Below are positions 9,322 to 19,348 of a stretch of 64,000 nucleotides of DNA, one piece after another. The notes beneath the pieces were generated by a model. The model searched no databases. It had not been told where the DNA came from and worked only from the letters and a program-made list of their open reading frames with translations. Origin of the DNA: Acidobacteriota bacterium (lineage in GTDB: Bacteria; Acidobacteriota; Terriglobia; 2-12-FULL-54-10). A program made the position numbers and the translations under genes. Location of the stretch: NCBI GenBank assembly GCA_016191085.1, contig JACPPJ010000070.1, positions 6,123 through 70,122 on the forward strand, given 5' to 3'. The stretch's first letter is position 1, and every line of letters starts with the position of its first letter.

Positions 9322-9399
9322 GCGCCTGTAGCTCAGTCTGGATAGAGCGTTGGTCTCCGGAACCAAAGGTCGGAGGTTCGAATCCTCTCAGGCGCGCCA
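9322..9399 (+). tRNA. tRNA-Arg (anticodon CCG)
   Basis: Cloverleaf: acceptor GCGCCTG/CAGGCGC, anticodon loop CTCCGGA, T-arm GGAGGTTCGAATCCTCT, discriminator G plus CCA. Near-identical to E. coli argX. Confidence 0.9.
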
Positions 9400-9502
9400 T
9401 ACATCTCCTTGCAGAACCAAAGAGTTAGAGATGATGGCGAAAAGGTGTGTTGCACCATTATTTGGTGCACCTGTGTAGCTTCTGTGTAGTTTCTCGCATT
9501 GG

Positions 9503-9841
9503 CTAGCTGGTTCTCCCGACCGCCTCTTGCTGGATCGCAATGACGGTCTGTTGTTGCTCCTGTTGCTTTGCTACGGCCTGTAGATACTGCTGGGTCTTGA
9601 GCAAGGCCTCCTGCTGGTCTCGCTCGTCTACGATGTCGTACCGGGTGAAGATGGAGCGGGTACGATGACCCAGAACCATCATGCAAACGTCTTCTGGGAC
9701 ACCGGCCCGGCGCATATCACGCGCCCTGGTTCGCCGCAGATCATGGAACAGTTTCTTGACCCCGGCATTCTTGCAAGCCGTTGCCCAAGCCTTACGGATG
9801 TCTCCAACCGGCGCGCCGGGCGCACTGTGCCCCGGCGACGT
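9503..9841 (-). pseudogene. C-terminal fragment (about 113 aa) of a second tyrosine integrase, N-terminus deleted
   Basis: Minus-strand frame reads ..[59 protein letters not shown] (HxLRHT, LGH, Y motifs). The frame opens directly after a stop at about 9842 with no N-terminal domains. Confidence 0.7.
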
Positions 9842-10157
9842 TCATTTCACCGACGCGGCTTTCCAGCCCGTATTCGCCCTGTGAAATGGCGTTGGAGTTG
9901 AACGTGTTGGTTTCGATGATATCGGCGCCGGCCTCGAGATATTGCCGGTGTATGTCTTCGATGATGTGAGGCTGAGTAACATTGAGTACGTCGGCGTTGA
10001 GCCGCAACTCTCTCGGATGTTGCGCGAACTCCTTGCCGCGATAATCCGCTTCAGTGAGGTGGAAGGCTTGAATAACGGTGCCCAGCGCGCCGTCGAGGAT
10101 GACAATGCGCCGGTCGAGGGTCTCTTTAAGCCGGGCGACACGTTCCGGGTTGGTCAT
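9792..10157 (-). pseudogene. metH: N-terminal about 120 aa of methionine synthase MetH (homocysteine-binding domain), remainder deleted
   Basis: MTNPERVARLKETLDRRIVILDGALGTVIQ...VTQPHIIEDIHRQYLEAGADIIETNTFNSNAISQ aligns to the MetH N-terminus. Homology stops mid-domain and the frame terminates at 9792, overlapping the integrase fragment. Confidence 0.65.
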
Positions 10158-10222
10158 GCATTGATGTGTGAACTGCGATGGCCCTCCCACGAATCAGTAT
10201 ACACTGCGGCAGCGATGACGCG

Positions 10223-10990
10223 ATGCGCGACGTTACTAAACTTGCGCTGCAGAGATCGATGTGGAGTAAAATTGCGATTCTTGAAAGTAGAGTAGAGCGG
10301 ATGATCCAAATCGAATTCCAAGCGGGGATGCTGCAAATCCGGTCCATTGGGTTCTTCGGCCATTTTACAAGCTCGCGAGCCGGGAACTTAATTTTGGGCT
10401 GGGGACGCATTTTCCAAACCGCCAGTGGTCGTGTGGTCATGCTTCGCGCGGGACAACAGATTTCGTGGCGAATCGTGCCACGGCTTGGTCGGTTGACGGC
10501 TGACACTTCAGGGCAGACAGTGCCTTTGTCCTCCGACATTGAGGCAGGACAGCCAAATAATAGAGTCGTGAGAATCTGCGAGGGCGAGTTGCTTTGGCAG
10601 GCTGAAATCGAAAGACCACGAGACGGAAGCGTTGCGGACACGGGGCATGCCGTCATTAGTGACTGGGGTTCGCCCGGCGGATGCAAAGGGGGATTTTATG
10701 TGTTCGCTCCGGATGGCACCGTATTGATAAACCAAAAGATGCGGGCCAACATGGGCATTACGGGAATTGCAGACGATGGAACACTTGCTTGGTGCACTAC
10801 TATTTACTCTAGTCAACAAAAATATGACGATAGGTTAATTGTCTTTTCGCTTTCTCCGCCAAAAGCGATTCTGAATGCGGCAAACCCTGCCTCGCAGTCG
10901 AAGATAATTCATGTGCAAAAGGTCGATAAGACGATCGAGGTGTCGACAATCGGAGAACGATACCTCTACGACGTAAGCGGGAGATTGTGA
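10223..10990 (+). CDS. hypothetical protein in a locally low-GC stretch (probable horizontally acquired remnant)
   Basis: 270-aa ORF (ORF-track start 10178). The opposite-strand ORF has antisense-like S/P/R/C composition. The 3' half is visibly AT-richer than its flanks. Confidence 0.4.
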   Translation: MRDVTKLALQRSMWSKIAILESRVERMIQIEFQAGMLQIRSIGFFGHFTSSRAGNLILGWGRIFQTASGRVVMLRAGQQISWRIVPRLGRLTADTSGQTVPLSSDIEAGQPNNRVVRICEGELLWQAEIERPRDGSVADTGHAVISDWGSPGGCKGGFYVFAPDGTVLINQKMRANMGITGIADDGTLAWCTTIYSSQQKYDDRLIVFSLSPPKAILNAANPASQSKIIHVQKVDKTIEVSTIGERYLYDVSGRL

Positions 10991-11039
10991 GTGTGGTGTA
11001 CGATGTTAGCGGTTGCATCTTCGGAGCGAGGAGCTAGCG

Positions 11040-11501
11040 ATGAGGAATTACGTGCTCGGTGTCATTTTGCTTTTCGCGATTGGAGCGCACCCGCTTTGGG
11101 CGCAAGAAGGTGTTGGAATCCGTGGAGGCGTTAGCATCGATCCTGACCAGTTTTATTTTGGCGGCCATGTCGGAGTGGGACCACTGGTCGAACGGCTTTG
11201 GTTCCGCCCCAACGTGGAGATCGGGATCGGAGATAACCGGACCCTGGTGGGGCTGAACGGCGAATTCACTTACTGGTTTCCGCTGCCGCGTTCCGAGTGG
11301 CAGGTCTATGTGGGTGCAGGCCCCGCGCTGAACATCATTCGCTTTGCCGATGATCGCAGGGGCCGTGACGACACGGACGCCGAGGGTGGCTTCAATATTC
11401 TTTTGGGGCTGGCGCACCGGCAAGGATTTTTCGCCGAGTTCAAGGTGGGCGCGTTGCACAGCCCCGAGGTGAAGTTTGGCGTCGGTTACACGTTCCGCTA
11501 G
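11040..11501 (+). CDS. small outer-membrane beta-barrel (OmpW/porin-like) protein with signal peptide
   Basis: Signal peptide MRNYVLGVILLFAIGAHPLWAQ, alternating aromatic/hydrophobic beta-strands, C-terminal GVGYTFR. Confidence 0.55.
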   Translation: MRNYVLGVILLFAIGAHPLWAQEGVGIRGGVSIDPDQFYFGGHVGVGPLVERLWFRPNVEIGIGDNRTLVGLNGEFTYWFPLPRSEWQVYVGAGPALNIIRFADDRRGRDDTDAEGGFNILLGLAHRQGFFAEFKVGALHSPEVKFGVGYTFR

Positions 11502-11561
11502 AATCTTGGCCGAGCGACTCTAACGGGTCGCACTCTACGGTTTCCCACATCGGGCAGTTGC

Positions 11562-12395
11562 TCAGAGGAATTCCACTTTCGGTTGAACGGGGATGAAGCC
11601 CTTTTCGTATCCTAGTTGCAGGAACTTTTCGATTGCTTCGCGTCCATTGTCGCCGTAATCGAGCGTGTAGTCGTTGACATACATTCCAACGAAACGGTCG
11701 GCGAGTTCTGGGTCCATGTCTCGGGCAAACTGCAGCGCGTAAGATAGGGCTTGGGGGCGGTGATCCATGGCGTATTTCACGCTGCGGCGGAGTGCATCAC
11801 TAATTTCGTTTGCAAGGTCGCCGCGCAAGTTCTTGCGGATGGCGTTGCCTCCTAGCGGGAGCGGCAGGTCGTAAAGGTCCTTCCACCAGCGACCGAGATC
11901 GACGACACGGTAAAAGCCGTCGCGGCCAAAGGTGAGCTGGCCCTCATGAATCAACAATCCCGCGTCCACTTTCCGGTCTTTCACCGCCTGACTGATTTCG
12001 TCAAATCGTGTAATCACGGGGACGAACTCCGGCTGGTACAGCTTCATGGTTAGATAAGCGGAAGTCATCGTGCCGGGGATAGCGATCCGCTTCCCGCGCA
12101 ACTGATCCGGCGTAAGATTCTGGTTGCTGACGACGATCGGGCCATATCCGTCGCCCATGCTGCCTCCGCACGGCATCAGCGCGTAATGCTCGGTGATGTA
12201 CGGCAGAGCAGCAAAGGAAATGGCAGTGACGTCCCAGATGCCGTCTTTGGCCTCACGGTTTAGTGTCTCGATATCGTTGAGGTGGTGCCTGTAGGCGAGA
12301 TTCGGCGATTCCGCCTTGTTTGTCGCCAGGGCATAGAACATGAATGCGTCATCGGAGTCCGGACTGTGAGCGATTGTGATTTCCCGTTTGGCCAT
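11562..12395 (-). CDS. menaquinone (futalosine pathway) MqnA/MqnD-family protein
   Basis: The N-terminus ITIAHSPDSDDAFMFYAL is the hallmark of the MqnA/MqnD family. 277 aa. Confidence 0.65.
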   Translation of the reverse strand: MAKREITIAHSPDSDDAFMFYALATNKAESPNLAYRHHLNDIETLNREAKDGIWDVTAISFAALPYITEHYALMPCGGSMGDGYGPIVVSNQNLTPDQLRGKRIAIPGTMTSAYLTMKLYQPEFVPVITRFDEISQAVKDRKVDAGLLIHEGQLTFGRDGFYRVVDLGRWWKDLYDLPLPLGGNAIRKNLRGDLANEISDALRRSVKYAMDHRPQALSYALQFARDMDPELADRFVGMYVNDYTLDYGDNGREAIEKFLQLGYEKGFIPVQPKVEFL

Positions 12396-12420
12396 TCTGC
12401 GTACCGAATGTTTTCCTTCC

Positions 12421-14091
12421 TTATTTATGCAGCAAGAAGTTGCCGATGATCATGTCGTCGATGCCCGAGCAGTAGAAGCTGCGGACTGCGTCGCGCGGCG
12501 AGCAGACCAGCGGTTCCCCGAAGAGGTTAAAAGAGGTGTTGAACAGCACAGGAATGCCGCATTTCCGGTCGAATGCACTGAGCAGTTCCCAGAAGAGCGG
12601 GTTTGTGTTGCGGCTGACCGTGTGGACCCGGATGCGCGAGGCGGGCTCGGCGCCACCGCCACTCTCTGATGGGCGATTGGCGAGCACGTTCGACGCGAAC
12701 GCTTTCAGGTGCTCAGGCTTTACCCGGCCAACAGTGGCGAGGAAACGCGCCATAGGCCCGAACTCGAAAAATTCGGCTGCACGCTCCTCGACGACTGAAG
12801 CGGCAAAAGGCCGGAACTTCTCCCGATGTTTTACATACTGGTTCAGGTTCTCGTTGACGTAAGGTCCCAACGGGGAGGCGAGAATGCTGCGCGAGCCCAA
12901 CGCTCGCGGCCCAAACTCTGCGCGTCCCTGGAACCAGCCCAGGATGCGATTCTGTTCCAGAATTTCTACGGCAGCCTTCACGACCTCATCGCGGCTGCGG
13001 AGATACCGGAAACGAAGCTTGCAATTTTCCAATACGTCTTTGATTTCGCCGACGGAGTATTCCGGGCCGTAGTAGAGATGTTCCAGACGGGAGCGTCGCG
13101 GCAGGCCCAGCATCGTGTGAGCGCAGTAAAGCGCCGCCCCCAGCGCGTTACCGGCGTTGCCGGCGGCGGGTTGCACAAAAATTCCAGCGAACAATCCACT
13201 GCTCTCCAGTTTCTCCACCATCAGTGAGTTCAGCGCCAGCCCACCCGCCAGACAGAGATTCTCGACATCGCCGCGCGCAGATAAACGGCAGCAGATCTCC
13301 TCCACCTTTTCTTCCATGACCTGCTGGATGCTGGCTGCCAGATCGGCTTGTACCTCATCGCTGAGCCGTTGCGTGGGATCAATACCGGCGGCCTGGAAGA
13401 ACTTCTCAGCGAAACCGCCGCGGCCATTCCGGCGTGCGTGGAAATAAGTCTGGTCAAGGTCAAGCAAGGAATCCCGTTCGCGCCTTACGATCTGGCGAAA
13501 TACGCCGGCGTAAGCCGGCTTGCCCCACGTGCTGAGCCATTGCAGCTTGTGCTCGTCTCCGACACCGGCAAAGCCCACCAGCCGCGCCACGCTGCTGAAG
13601 ATATGGCCCAGCGAATCGGGGAAGTATGAGTCTTCGAGTGGTTCCAGCATCGATCCGCGCGCAATCGACAGACTGCCCGTTTTCATGTCGCCGTTTTCAT
13701 CGAGGGTCAGAACTCCAGCCTCTTCGAATGGGGAAGGAAAGTAAGCGGCGGCGGCGTGACAGAGATGATGGTCTAGCACCACGACTCTCGCGGACGGGAA
13801 CTCCTCCTTGAGATGTTTGGGAATCCATGATTCGCCCGGTTCGCGCTCATCGGGTCCTTGATACAGCGGACGAGCCAGAGCAATGTGATCAATCTGATCC
13901 GGGTTGACGTTGGATGCTTGCAGACAATACTGGATCGCCTGAACGGGCAAGCCGCGCATTCGCCGGATGCGAACGAGTTTTTCCTCCTCGACAGCAGCAG
14001 TCAACTCGCCGCCCTTCAAGATAGCGGCCGCAGCATCGTGATTGCCGCCGGAGATCCCCAAAATGGTCGGGTTTCGATCCTCTTGCGCCAT
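12421..14091 (-). CDS. carbamoyltransferase (NodU/CmcH family)
   Basis: Carbam_trans_N start ILGISGGNHDAAAAILKGGELTAAVEEEKLVRIR, 556 aa with C-terminal carbamoyltransferase domain. Confidence 0.8.
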   Translation of the reverse strand: MAQEDRNPTILGISGGNHDAAAAILKGGELTAAVEEEKLVRIRRMRGLPVQAIQYCLQASNVNPDQIDHIALARPLYQGPDEREPGESWIPKHLKEEFPSARVVVLDHHLCHAAAAYFPSPFEEAGVLTLDENGDMKTGSLSIARGSMLEPLEDSYFPDSLGHIFSSVARLVGFAGVGDEHKLQWLSTWGKPAYAGVFRQIVRRERDSLLDLDQTYFHARRNGRGGFAEKFFQAAGIDPTQRLSDEVQADLAASIQQVMEEKVEEICCRLSARGDVENLCLAGGLALNSLMVEKLESSGLFAGIFVQPAAGNAGNALGAALYCAHTMLGLPRRSRLEHLYYGPEYSVGEIKDVLENCKLRFRYLRSRDEVVKAAVEILEQNRILGWFQGRAEFGPRALGSRSILASPLGPYVNENLNQYVKHREKFRPFAASVVEERAAEFFEFGPMARFLATVGRVKPEHLKAFASNVLANRPSESGGGAEPASRIRVHTVSRNTNPLFWELLSAFDRKCGIPVLFNTSFNLFGEPLVCSPRDAVRSFYCSGIDDMIIGNFLLHK

Positions 14092-14231
14092 GTGTTACCC
14101 GCAGTGACGTGTGAGAACTCAGACAAACAGACAGGCTCACCATCTCAACAGCAGTTCAACATCGTATCACGGTAGCAGCAGCGGGGATAGTGACGCGCAA
14201 CTCTATAGGCGTTTGGTGAGACGCCGTTGTT

Positions 14232-14873
14232 TTAGGAGGCAGTAGACACGAGCGAGCGAGCCTGTCCGGCGGCTCGTCTGCGCCGCTCTTGCAGGCGCAC
14301 CGTGACGCGGTAGGCCAACAGCAGGAACACCATAGAGCCATACATTACCGGTTTTCGCACGTCGGATTTCACCAACCAGTAATAATGAACAACGCCGGCG
14401 ACGGCGGTCAGATAAATTAGCCGGTGCAGTGCCTGCCATCGCTTGCCGCCCAGCCGCCGAACCCATCCGGCGGTTGAAGTGACGGCGAGAGGAATCATCA
14501 ACAGAAACCCAGTGAAACCCACCGTGATGTAGCGGCGCTTGGCAACGTCTGCCACCATTTCCGGCCAATCGAAAAACTTATCGAGCCCGATCCATGTGCC
14601 GAAATGTAGGAAAGAATAAAAGAAGGCGAACAATCCGACCATGCGGCGGAACCGGATCAGGTCAGGGAATCCGAGCAGCTTGCGTGCCGGAGTGATCGCC
14701 AGCGTCAGAACGAGAAAAATGAGGATCCAGTCACCCGTCTCATGCGTGATGAACTCGATGGGATTTGGGCCCAGCCCACCATGGAAGGCTTTCCACCCCA
14801 ATCGTGCGGCGGGCACCAGGCAGAGCATGAAAACAACCGCCTTCGTCCATTTGCTCGTGAGTAACGATCTCAT
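14232..14873 (-). CDS. msrQ: protein-methionine-sulfoxide reductase heme-binding subunit MsrQ (YedZ)
   Basis: Polytopic ferric-reductase-like membrane protein with conserved His residues, immediately downstream of msrP. Confidence 0.8.
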   Translation of the reverse strand: MRSLLTSKWTKAVVFMLCLVPAARLGWKAFHGGLGPNPIEFITHETGDWILIFLVLTLAITPARKLLGFPDLIRFRRMVGLFAFFYSFLHFGTWIGLDKFFDWPEMVADVAKRRYITVGFTGFLLMIPLAVTSTAGWVRRLGGKRWQALHRLIYLTAVAGVVHYYWLVKSDVRKPVMYGSMVFLLLAYRVTVRLQERRRRAAGQARSLVSTAS

Positions 14874-14887
14874 ATCACCGCGAATTG

Positions 14888-15850
14888 TTAGAAGTATTTC
14901 CGCAAATCCATTCCCGAGTAAAGGTTCTCGACCTGATCGGCGTAGCCGTTGAATGGCAGGGTGGGGCGTTTGAGAAATTCGCCCAATCGCCGCTCTTTGG
15001 CTTGGCTCCAGCGCGGATGGTCCACCTTGGGGTTTACGTTGGAATAGAACCCGTACTCATTCGGCGCCGCCATGTTCCACGTGGTGCGAGGCTGCTTTTC
15101 CACCAACGTGATTTTCACGATTGACTTGATGCTCTTGAACCCATATTTCCACGGCACGATTAGCCGGACAGGAGCGCCATCCTGCGGCGGAAGGGTTTCT
15201 CCGTACATGCCCACACAAACCAGCGTCAGCGGATGCATGGCCTCGTCCAGACGCAGCCCCTCGCGATACGGAAACTCGATGCCCGTCCCCCGCGCCTTGG
15301 GCATCTGCTTGGGATCGTAGAAAGTCTCGAACGCGACGAATTTCGCTTTCGGAGTGGGTTCCACTTTCTGTAGCAAAGCGCTCAGCGGAAAACCGATCCA
15401 GGGCACCACGATGGACCATGCCTCAACGCACCGGAGCCGGTAGATTCGCTCTTCCAGCGGAGCCATTTTTAGGATGGCGTCCATATCGAACTTCTGAGGC
15501 TTGGTCACATTGCCTTCTACGGACACGGTCCAGGGAGACGTCCTGAAATTCTTAGCGTTCACGGCCGGATCGTCTTTATCCGACCCGAACTCGTAGAAAT
15601 TGTTGTATTGCGTTACGTCGTTATAGGGGGTCCGCGGTTCATTCGTACTCAGCGGGCTTTTACTATAGCCGCTCAGCTTTGTCCCCGCCAGCGCTGTAGT
15701 TCGCGGCGAAATCACGTCGAGCACCACGCGGCCGCCGAGCATTGCCGCTCCCACGCCCGCAGCACCGGCAAGAAACTTGCGCCGATCAACGTAGATGCTC
15801 TTCGGAGTGATATCCGAATACTTTAAATCAGCCGGTTTCTTGATGAGCAT
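14888..15850 (-). CDS. msrP: protein-methionine-sulfoxide reductase catalytic subunit MsrP (YedY), molybdopterin, Tat signal
   Basis: Tat motif [15 protein letters not shown] and YedY-family core. Forms a msrPQ operon. Confidence 0.85.
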   Translation of the reverse strand: MLIKKPADLKYSDITPKSIYVDRRKFLAGAAGVGAAMLGGRVVLDVISPRTTALAGTKLSGYSKSPLSTNEPRTPYNDVTQYNNFYEFGSDKDDPAVNAKNFRTSPWTVSVEGNVTKPQKFDMDAILKMAPLEERIYRLRCVEAWSIVVPWIGFPLSALLQKVEPTPKAKFVAFETFYDPKQMPKARGTGIEFPYREGLRLDEAMHPLTLVCVGMYGETLPPQDGAPVRLIVPWKYGFKSIKSIVKITLVEKQPRTTWNMAAPNEYGFYSNVNPKVDHPRWSQAKERRLGEFLKRPTLPFNGYADQVENLYSGMDLRKYF

Positions 15851-15940
15851 GGTTACCCCTCAAAGCGTCAGATTGCAGCCGGCGTTGAGTTGAGCGCCAA
15901 CCGAATTCAGATAAATTTGGAGAAGGACCGCCAGCCGCCC

Positions 15941-15968
15941 GCCATGTACATGTAGCCATGTACATGTA
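15941..15968. promoter_or_regulatory. tandem 14-bp direct repeat (GCCATGTACATGTA x2), each with a perfect 10-bp palindrome CATGTACATG, about 90-120 bp upstream of msrP
   Basis: Read directly in the sequence. Perfect copies are atypical for chance, and the position suits an operator for the msrPQ promoter. Confidence 0.3.
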
Positions 15969-16292
15969 AATGATACCTCTTTTCTTAGACGATGGAGTAG
16001 GTACGTCTCACGCATTGAATGCTGGGCGATCTATCATGCCCACATGAATGCCCGGTTTGATGGCGAACTGTGGTGTATCAGGGATTTAGAGTGCCAGGAA
16101 GGCAGCGGATTCAAAGAATACGCGGGAGAGGCGCGCACGCGCCCGCTCTGACCAGTGAGGCTCGCAATGCATACGGTGACTGGTCGCTGAAACACGTTTT
16201 ACTATACGGTGGTTTAGTTTATAATTCCTCGATTTTGCAAATTCCCGAAGCGCCGTGGAGCCGCTGCCGGTCCCGGAAGTACGAGGCTCGCA

Positions 16293-17738
16293 ATGGTAGG
16301 ACAATCGGTACAAACAGCACCTCCACCTGTAGTCGAGGCAACGCCGGCGGCCAGTTCTAAACTGAAGCTAGCCGGCCGCGCTTTGGCGGTGCTCATACCT
16401 CTGGGGTTTTGGTTCGTACCGCTGGGGCTTGAGGCGACGGTGCAGCACGCTCTGGCAATCACCACCTTCATGATCCTGGGCTGGATCACCGAGGCTTTCG
16501 ATCATGCCATTACCGGTTTTCTCGGATGTTTCCTCTATTGGTTTCTGGAGGTCGTCAGGTTCCCGGTGGCATTCAGCGGTTTTGCCAACGACACCACCTG
16601 GTTCCTGTTCGGGGCTATGCTGATCGGCATGATGGCCATGAAGACTGGGCTGGCGCGGCGCATCGCCTTCATGATCATGCTTACGGTGGGCAACAGCTAC
16701 GCGCGCATCCTGCTGGGACTGATTATTGTCAATTATGTACTGACGTATTTCGTTCCATCGGCTATCTCGCGACTGGTGATCGTGGCGGCCATTGGCATGG
16801 GGCTGATGGAAATCCTGGGCGTCGGGAAGGGAAGTAACATCGGCCGCGGGATGTTCATGATTCTGACCTACGTTGCTAACATCTTCGACAAGATGATCCT
16901 GGCGGGAGCTTCCGCGCTGACCGCCAAGGGCCTAATGGAGCAAATTGCGCAGATCCAGGTGTCCTGGGGGGGGTGGGCCTACGCCTTTCTGCCCTGCGGC
17001 ATCATCACGATTTTTGTCGCATGGCGGCTGGCGCTATGGCTGTATCCCCCGGAAGTCGAGCAATTGCCCGGGGGGGCATCCTATTTCCGGCAAGAGCTCG
17101 CCAAGATGGGCCGCTGGAGCATCGACGAAAAGAAAGCGGCGCTCCTGCTGGTCGCGGCCCTGGGTCTGTGGCTGACGGACACAAAGCATGAAATGCCCGC
17201 CGCTATGGTGGGCTTGGGCATTGGACTGCTTGCCGTGTTGCCCGGCATCGGAGTGCTGAACGTGGAAGATCTGAAAAAAGTGAATTACCTGCCGGTGTTT
17301 TTTGTGGCTGCGGCCATCAGCATGGGCCAGGTGCTGGTCGCTACCAAATCACTGGATGTGCTGACGAACGCCATGTTCAACTGGATGTCGCCGCTGATCA
17401 CAGGTACCTTCAGTGCCGCTATCGTCCTTTACTGGACCGCATTCGCATACCATTTGTTCCTGGCCAGCGAAATATCCATGCTGGGCACCTCCACGCCGAT
17501 GATCATGCAGTTTGCGCTCTCGCACAACATGAGCCCGCTCATCCTGGGAATGCTGTGGGTTTTCGGGGCCGGTGCGAAAATCTTTATTTACCAGTCCGGC
17601 GTCATGGTGGTGGGATATTCCTATGGATATTTTGGCACCAAGGACATGTTCAAAGTGGGCCTCTGGCTCACCATCATTGAATTTTTTATCCTGCTCGGCC
17701 TGGTAGCTGTTTATTGGCCGATGATCGGCTTACGTTAA
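16293..17738 (+). CDS. SLC13/DASS-family anion (di/tricarboxylate) permease
   Basis: 481-aa polytopic membrane protein with DASS-type repeats. Confidence 0.8.
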   Translation: MVGQSVQTAPPPVVEATPAASSKLKLAGRALAVLIPLGFWFVPLGLEATVQHALAITTFMILGWITEAFDHAITGFLGCFLYWFLEVVRFPVAFSGFANDTTWFLFGAMLIGMMAMKTGLARRIAFMIMLTVGNSYARILLGLIIVNYVLTYFVPSAISRLVIVAAIGMGLMEILGVGKGSNIGRGMFMILTYVANIFDKMILAGASALTAKGLMEQIAQIQVSWGGWAYAFLPCGIITIFVAWRLALWLYPPEVEQLPGGASYFRQELAKMGRWSIDEKKAALLLVAALGLWLTDTKHEMPAAMVGLGIGLLAVLPGIGVLNVEDLKKVNYLPVFFVAAAISMGQVLVATKSLDVLTNAMFNWMSPLITGTFSAAIVLYWTAFAYHLFLASEISMLGTSTPMIMQFALSHNMSPLILGMLWVFGAGAKIFIYQSGVMVVGYSYGYFGTKDMFKVGLWLTIIEFFILLGLVAVYWPMIGLR

Positions 17739-17796
17739 GAAGATCGCGTTCGGGAGATAATTAGGCGGCAGAGGGGACAGATACAGCAATGAAAGG

Positions 17797-19290
17797 TTGG
17801 GCATGAGCACTACTGTTGCACCGTCTGATAAGCCGGGGTTGGCGGAGTTGTCGCTTAGCAGCTTCATTCAAATGATGGAAAAGAATTTTCCGAATGAAGT
17901 CATCCGCGTCAGCCGACCCGTGGAACCGGCGAAATTCGAGGTTTCCGCGATTCTCAAACATCTTGAGAACCGCGGGAAATTCCCGCTGCTGGTATTTGAA
18001 AATCCGACAGACGTTGAAGGCCGCAACGCGTCCATGCCTCTGTTGAGCAACATCTACGCCAGCCGGGAGCGCTGCGCCGTCGCAATGGGCTTGAAACCGG
18101 AACAGGCGGGAATGGAGCTGAGTCTTGAGTATGCGCGGCGGCTGGAGAACCCCATCACGCCGATACGTATTTCGCGGGCCGAAGCGCCTATTAAGGAAGT
18201 GGTCGAGCGCGGCGAGCAGTGCGATCTGAGCAAGTATCCCATCGTTCGCCATCATGAGATGGACCCCGCACCCTACATTGACATGACGCCAGTCATGCGA
18301 CATCCCGACGAGGGTTTTTACAATGTGGCGTTCCTGCGCAACATGTATAAAGGGCCGCGCAAGCTAGGAATCCACATGAGCCCCCGTCACAATTGGCAAC
18401 TGAACCGCATCTATGAATCTCGCAAGCAGCCAACGCCCGTCGTGGTTGTGGTCAGCCATCATCCGGCGTTTTACCTGGGCGCTCTAAACGTTGAGGCATT
18501 TGGGAAAGATGATTACTCCATCATCGGGGGGATCGCCGGCCGTGCGCTGCGAGTGGTGGAGTCGGAGACCTGGGGCGACAAGTTCATGGTTCCGGCCGAC
18601 GCAGATATGGTCGTCGAAGGCGAAATCTATCCCGGCGAAAAAGAGGTGGAAGCTCCGTTTGGCGAGTTTACAGGTTACTACGGCCCGCAGAGGCTTCGCC
18701 CGGTGATCCACGTGACAGCGATTTCACACCGCCGCCAGGCTCATTTCCAACACATCTTTGTCGGTCACCGCGACAACTGGTTCTTGGGCGGTATTCCCAA
18801 GGAGGGATCGCTTTACAACGTCATCAAAGGTGTGGTGCCGACGCTGAAGGCGGTGCATTTCGCGCCTTCGGGCAGTTGCCGGTTTAACTGCTACATCTCT
18901 ATAGACAAGAAAGTTCCGGGAGAGAGCAAGCAAGCGGCGCTGGCCGCGTTCGGCACGATTGATTTCATCAAGAACATCGTCGTTGTGGACGCCGACATTG
19001 ACCCGTTTAACGAGCAGGAGGTAATGTTCGCGGTCGCCACGCGCACGCAGGCCCGCGAGTCGGTGGACATCATCAAGAACGTGAAGGGGAATACGTTAGA
19101 CCCGTCGCAGACGGACTACATCATGACGGACAAGCTGCTGATCGACGCCACCGTGCCCATCGGCAGGCCCTTCGCCGCGCGCATCCGCGTGCCTGCGCAG
19201 GCACTCCAGAAGTATGTTTTGGACGATTACATTGACGCCCGAAAACTGGAGGCATTACCGACGTTTCTCGATTCGCGCCGCAGCGTTTAG
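17797..19290 (+). CDS. UbiD-family (prFMN-dependent) decarboxylase
   Basis: 497 aa. The conserved UbiD motif GEFTGYYG and overall UbiD architecture. Confidence 0.85.
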   Translation: MGMSTTVAPSDKPGLAELSLSSFIQMMEKNFPNEVIRVSRPVEPAKFEVSAILKHLENRGKFPLLVFENPTDVEGRNASMPLLSNIYASRERCAVAMGLKPEQAGMELSLEYARRLENPITPIRISRAEAPIKEVVERGEQCDLSKYPIVRHHEMDPAPYIDMTPVMRHPDEGFYNVAFLRNMYKGPRKLGIHMSPRHNWQLNRIYESRKQPTPVVVVVSHHPAFYLGALNVEAFGKDDYSIIGGIAGRALRVVESETWGDKFMVPADADMVVEGEIYPGEKEVEAPFGEFTGYYGPQRLRPVIHVTAISHRRQAHFQHIFVGHRDNWFLGGIPKEGSLYNVIKGVVPTLKAVHFAPSGSCRFNCYISIDKKVPGESKQAALAAFGTIDFIKNIVVVDADIDPFNEQEVMFAVATRTQARESVDIIKNVKGNTLDPSQTDYIMTDKLLIDATVPIGRPFAARIRVPAQALQKYVLDDYIDARKLEALPTFLDSRRSV

Positions 19291-19348
19291 GAAATATTTG
19301 GCGCGCGGAAGCAGGCGGTTTCCCGTAATCACTCGCGGAGATATACCA

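Noticed and set aside
9333-9686. 117-aa minus-strand ORF
   Set aside because: It is antisense to tRNA-Arg (the GAPERIRTSDLWF translation is typical of tRNA antisense) and has no coding support.
10126-10686. 186-aa minus-strand ORF overlapping the 10223..10990 gene
   Set aside because: S/P/R/C-rich antisense-type composition. The plus-strand ORF is longer and protein-like.
14160-14225. Hairpin GGCGTTTGGTGAGACGCC plus GTTGTTTT that resembles a plus-strand terminator
   Set aside because: No plus-strand gene ends upstream of it (the neighbours are minus-strand carbamoyltransferase and msrQ). This is probably incidental secondary structure.
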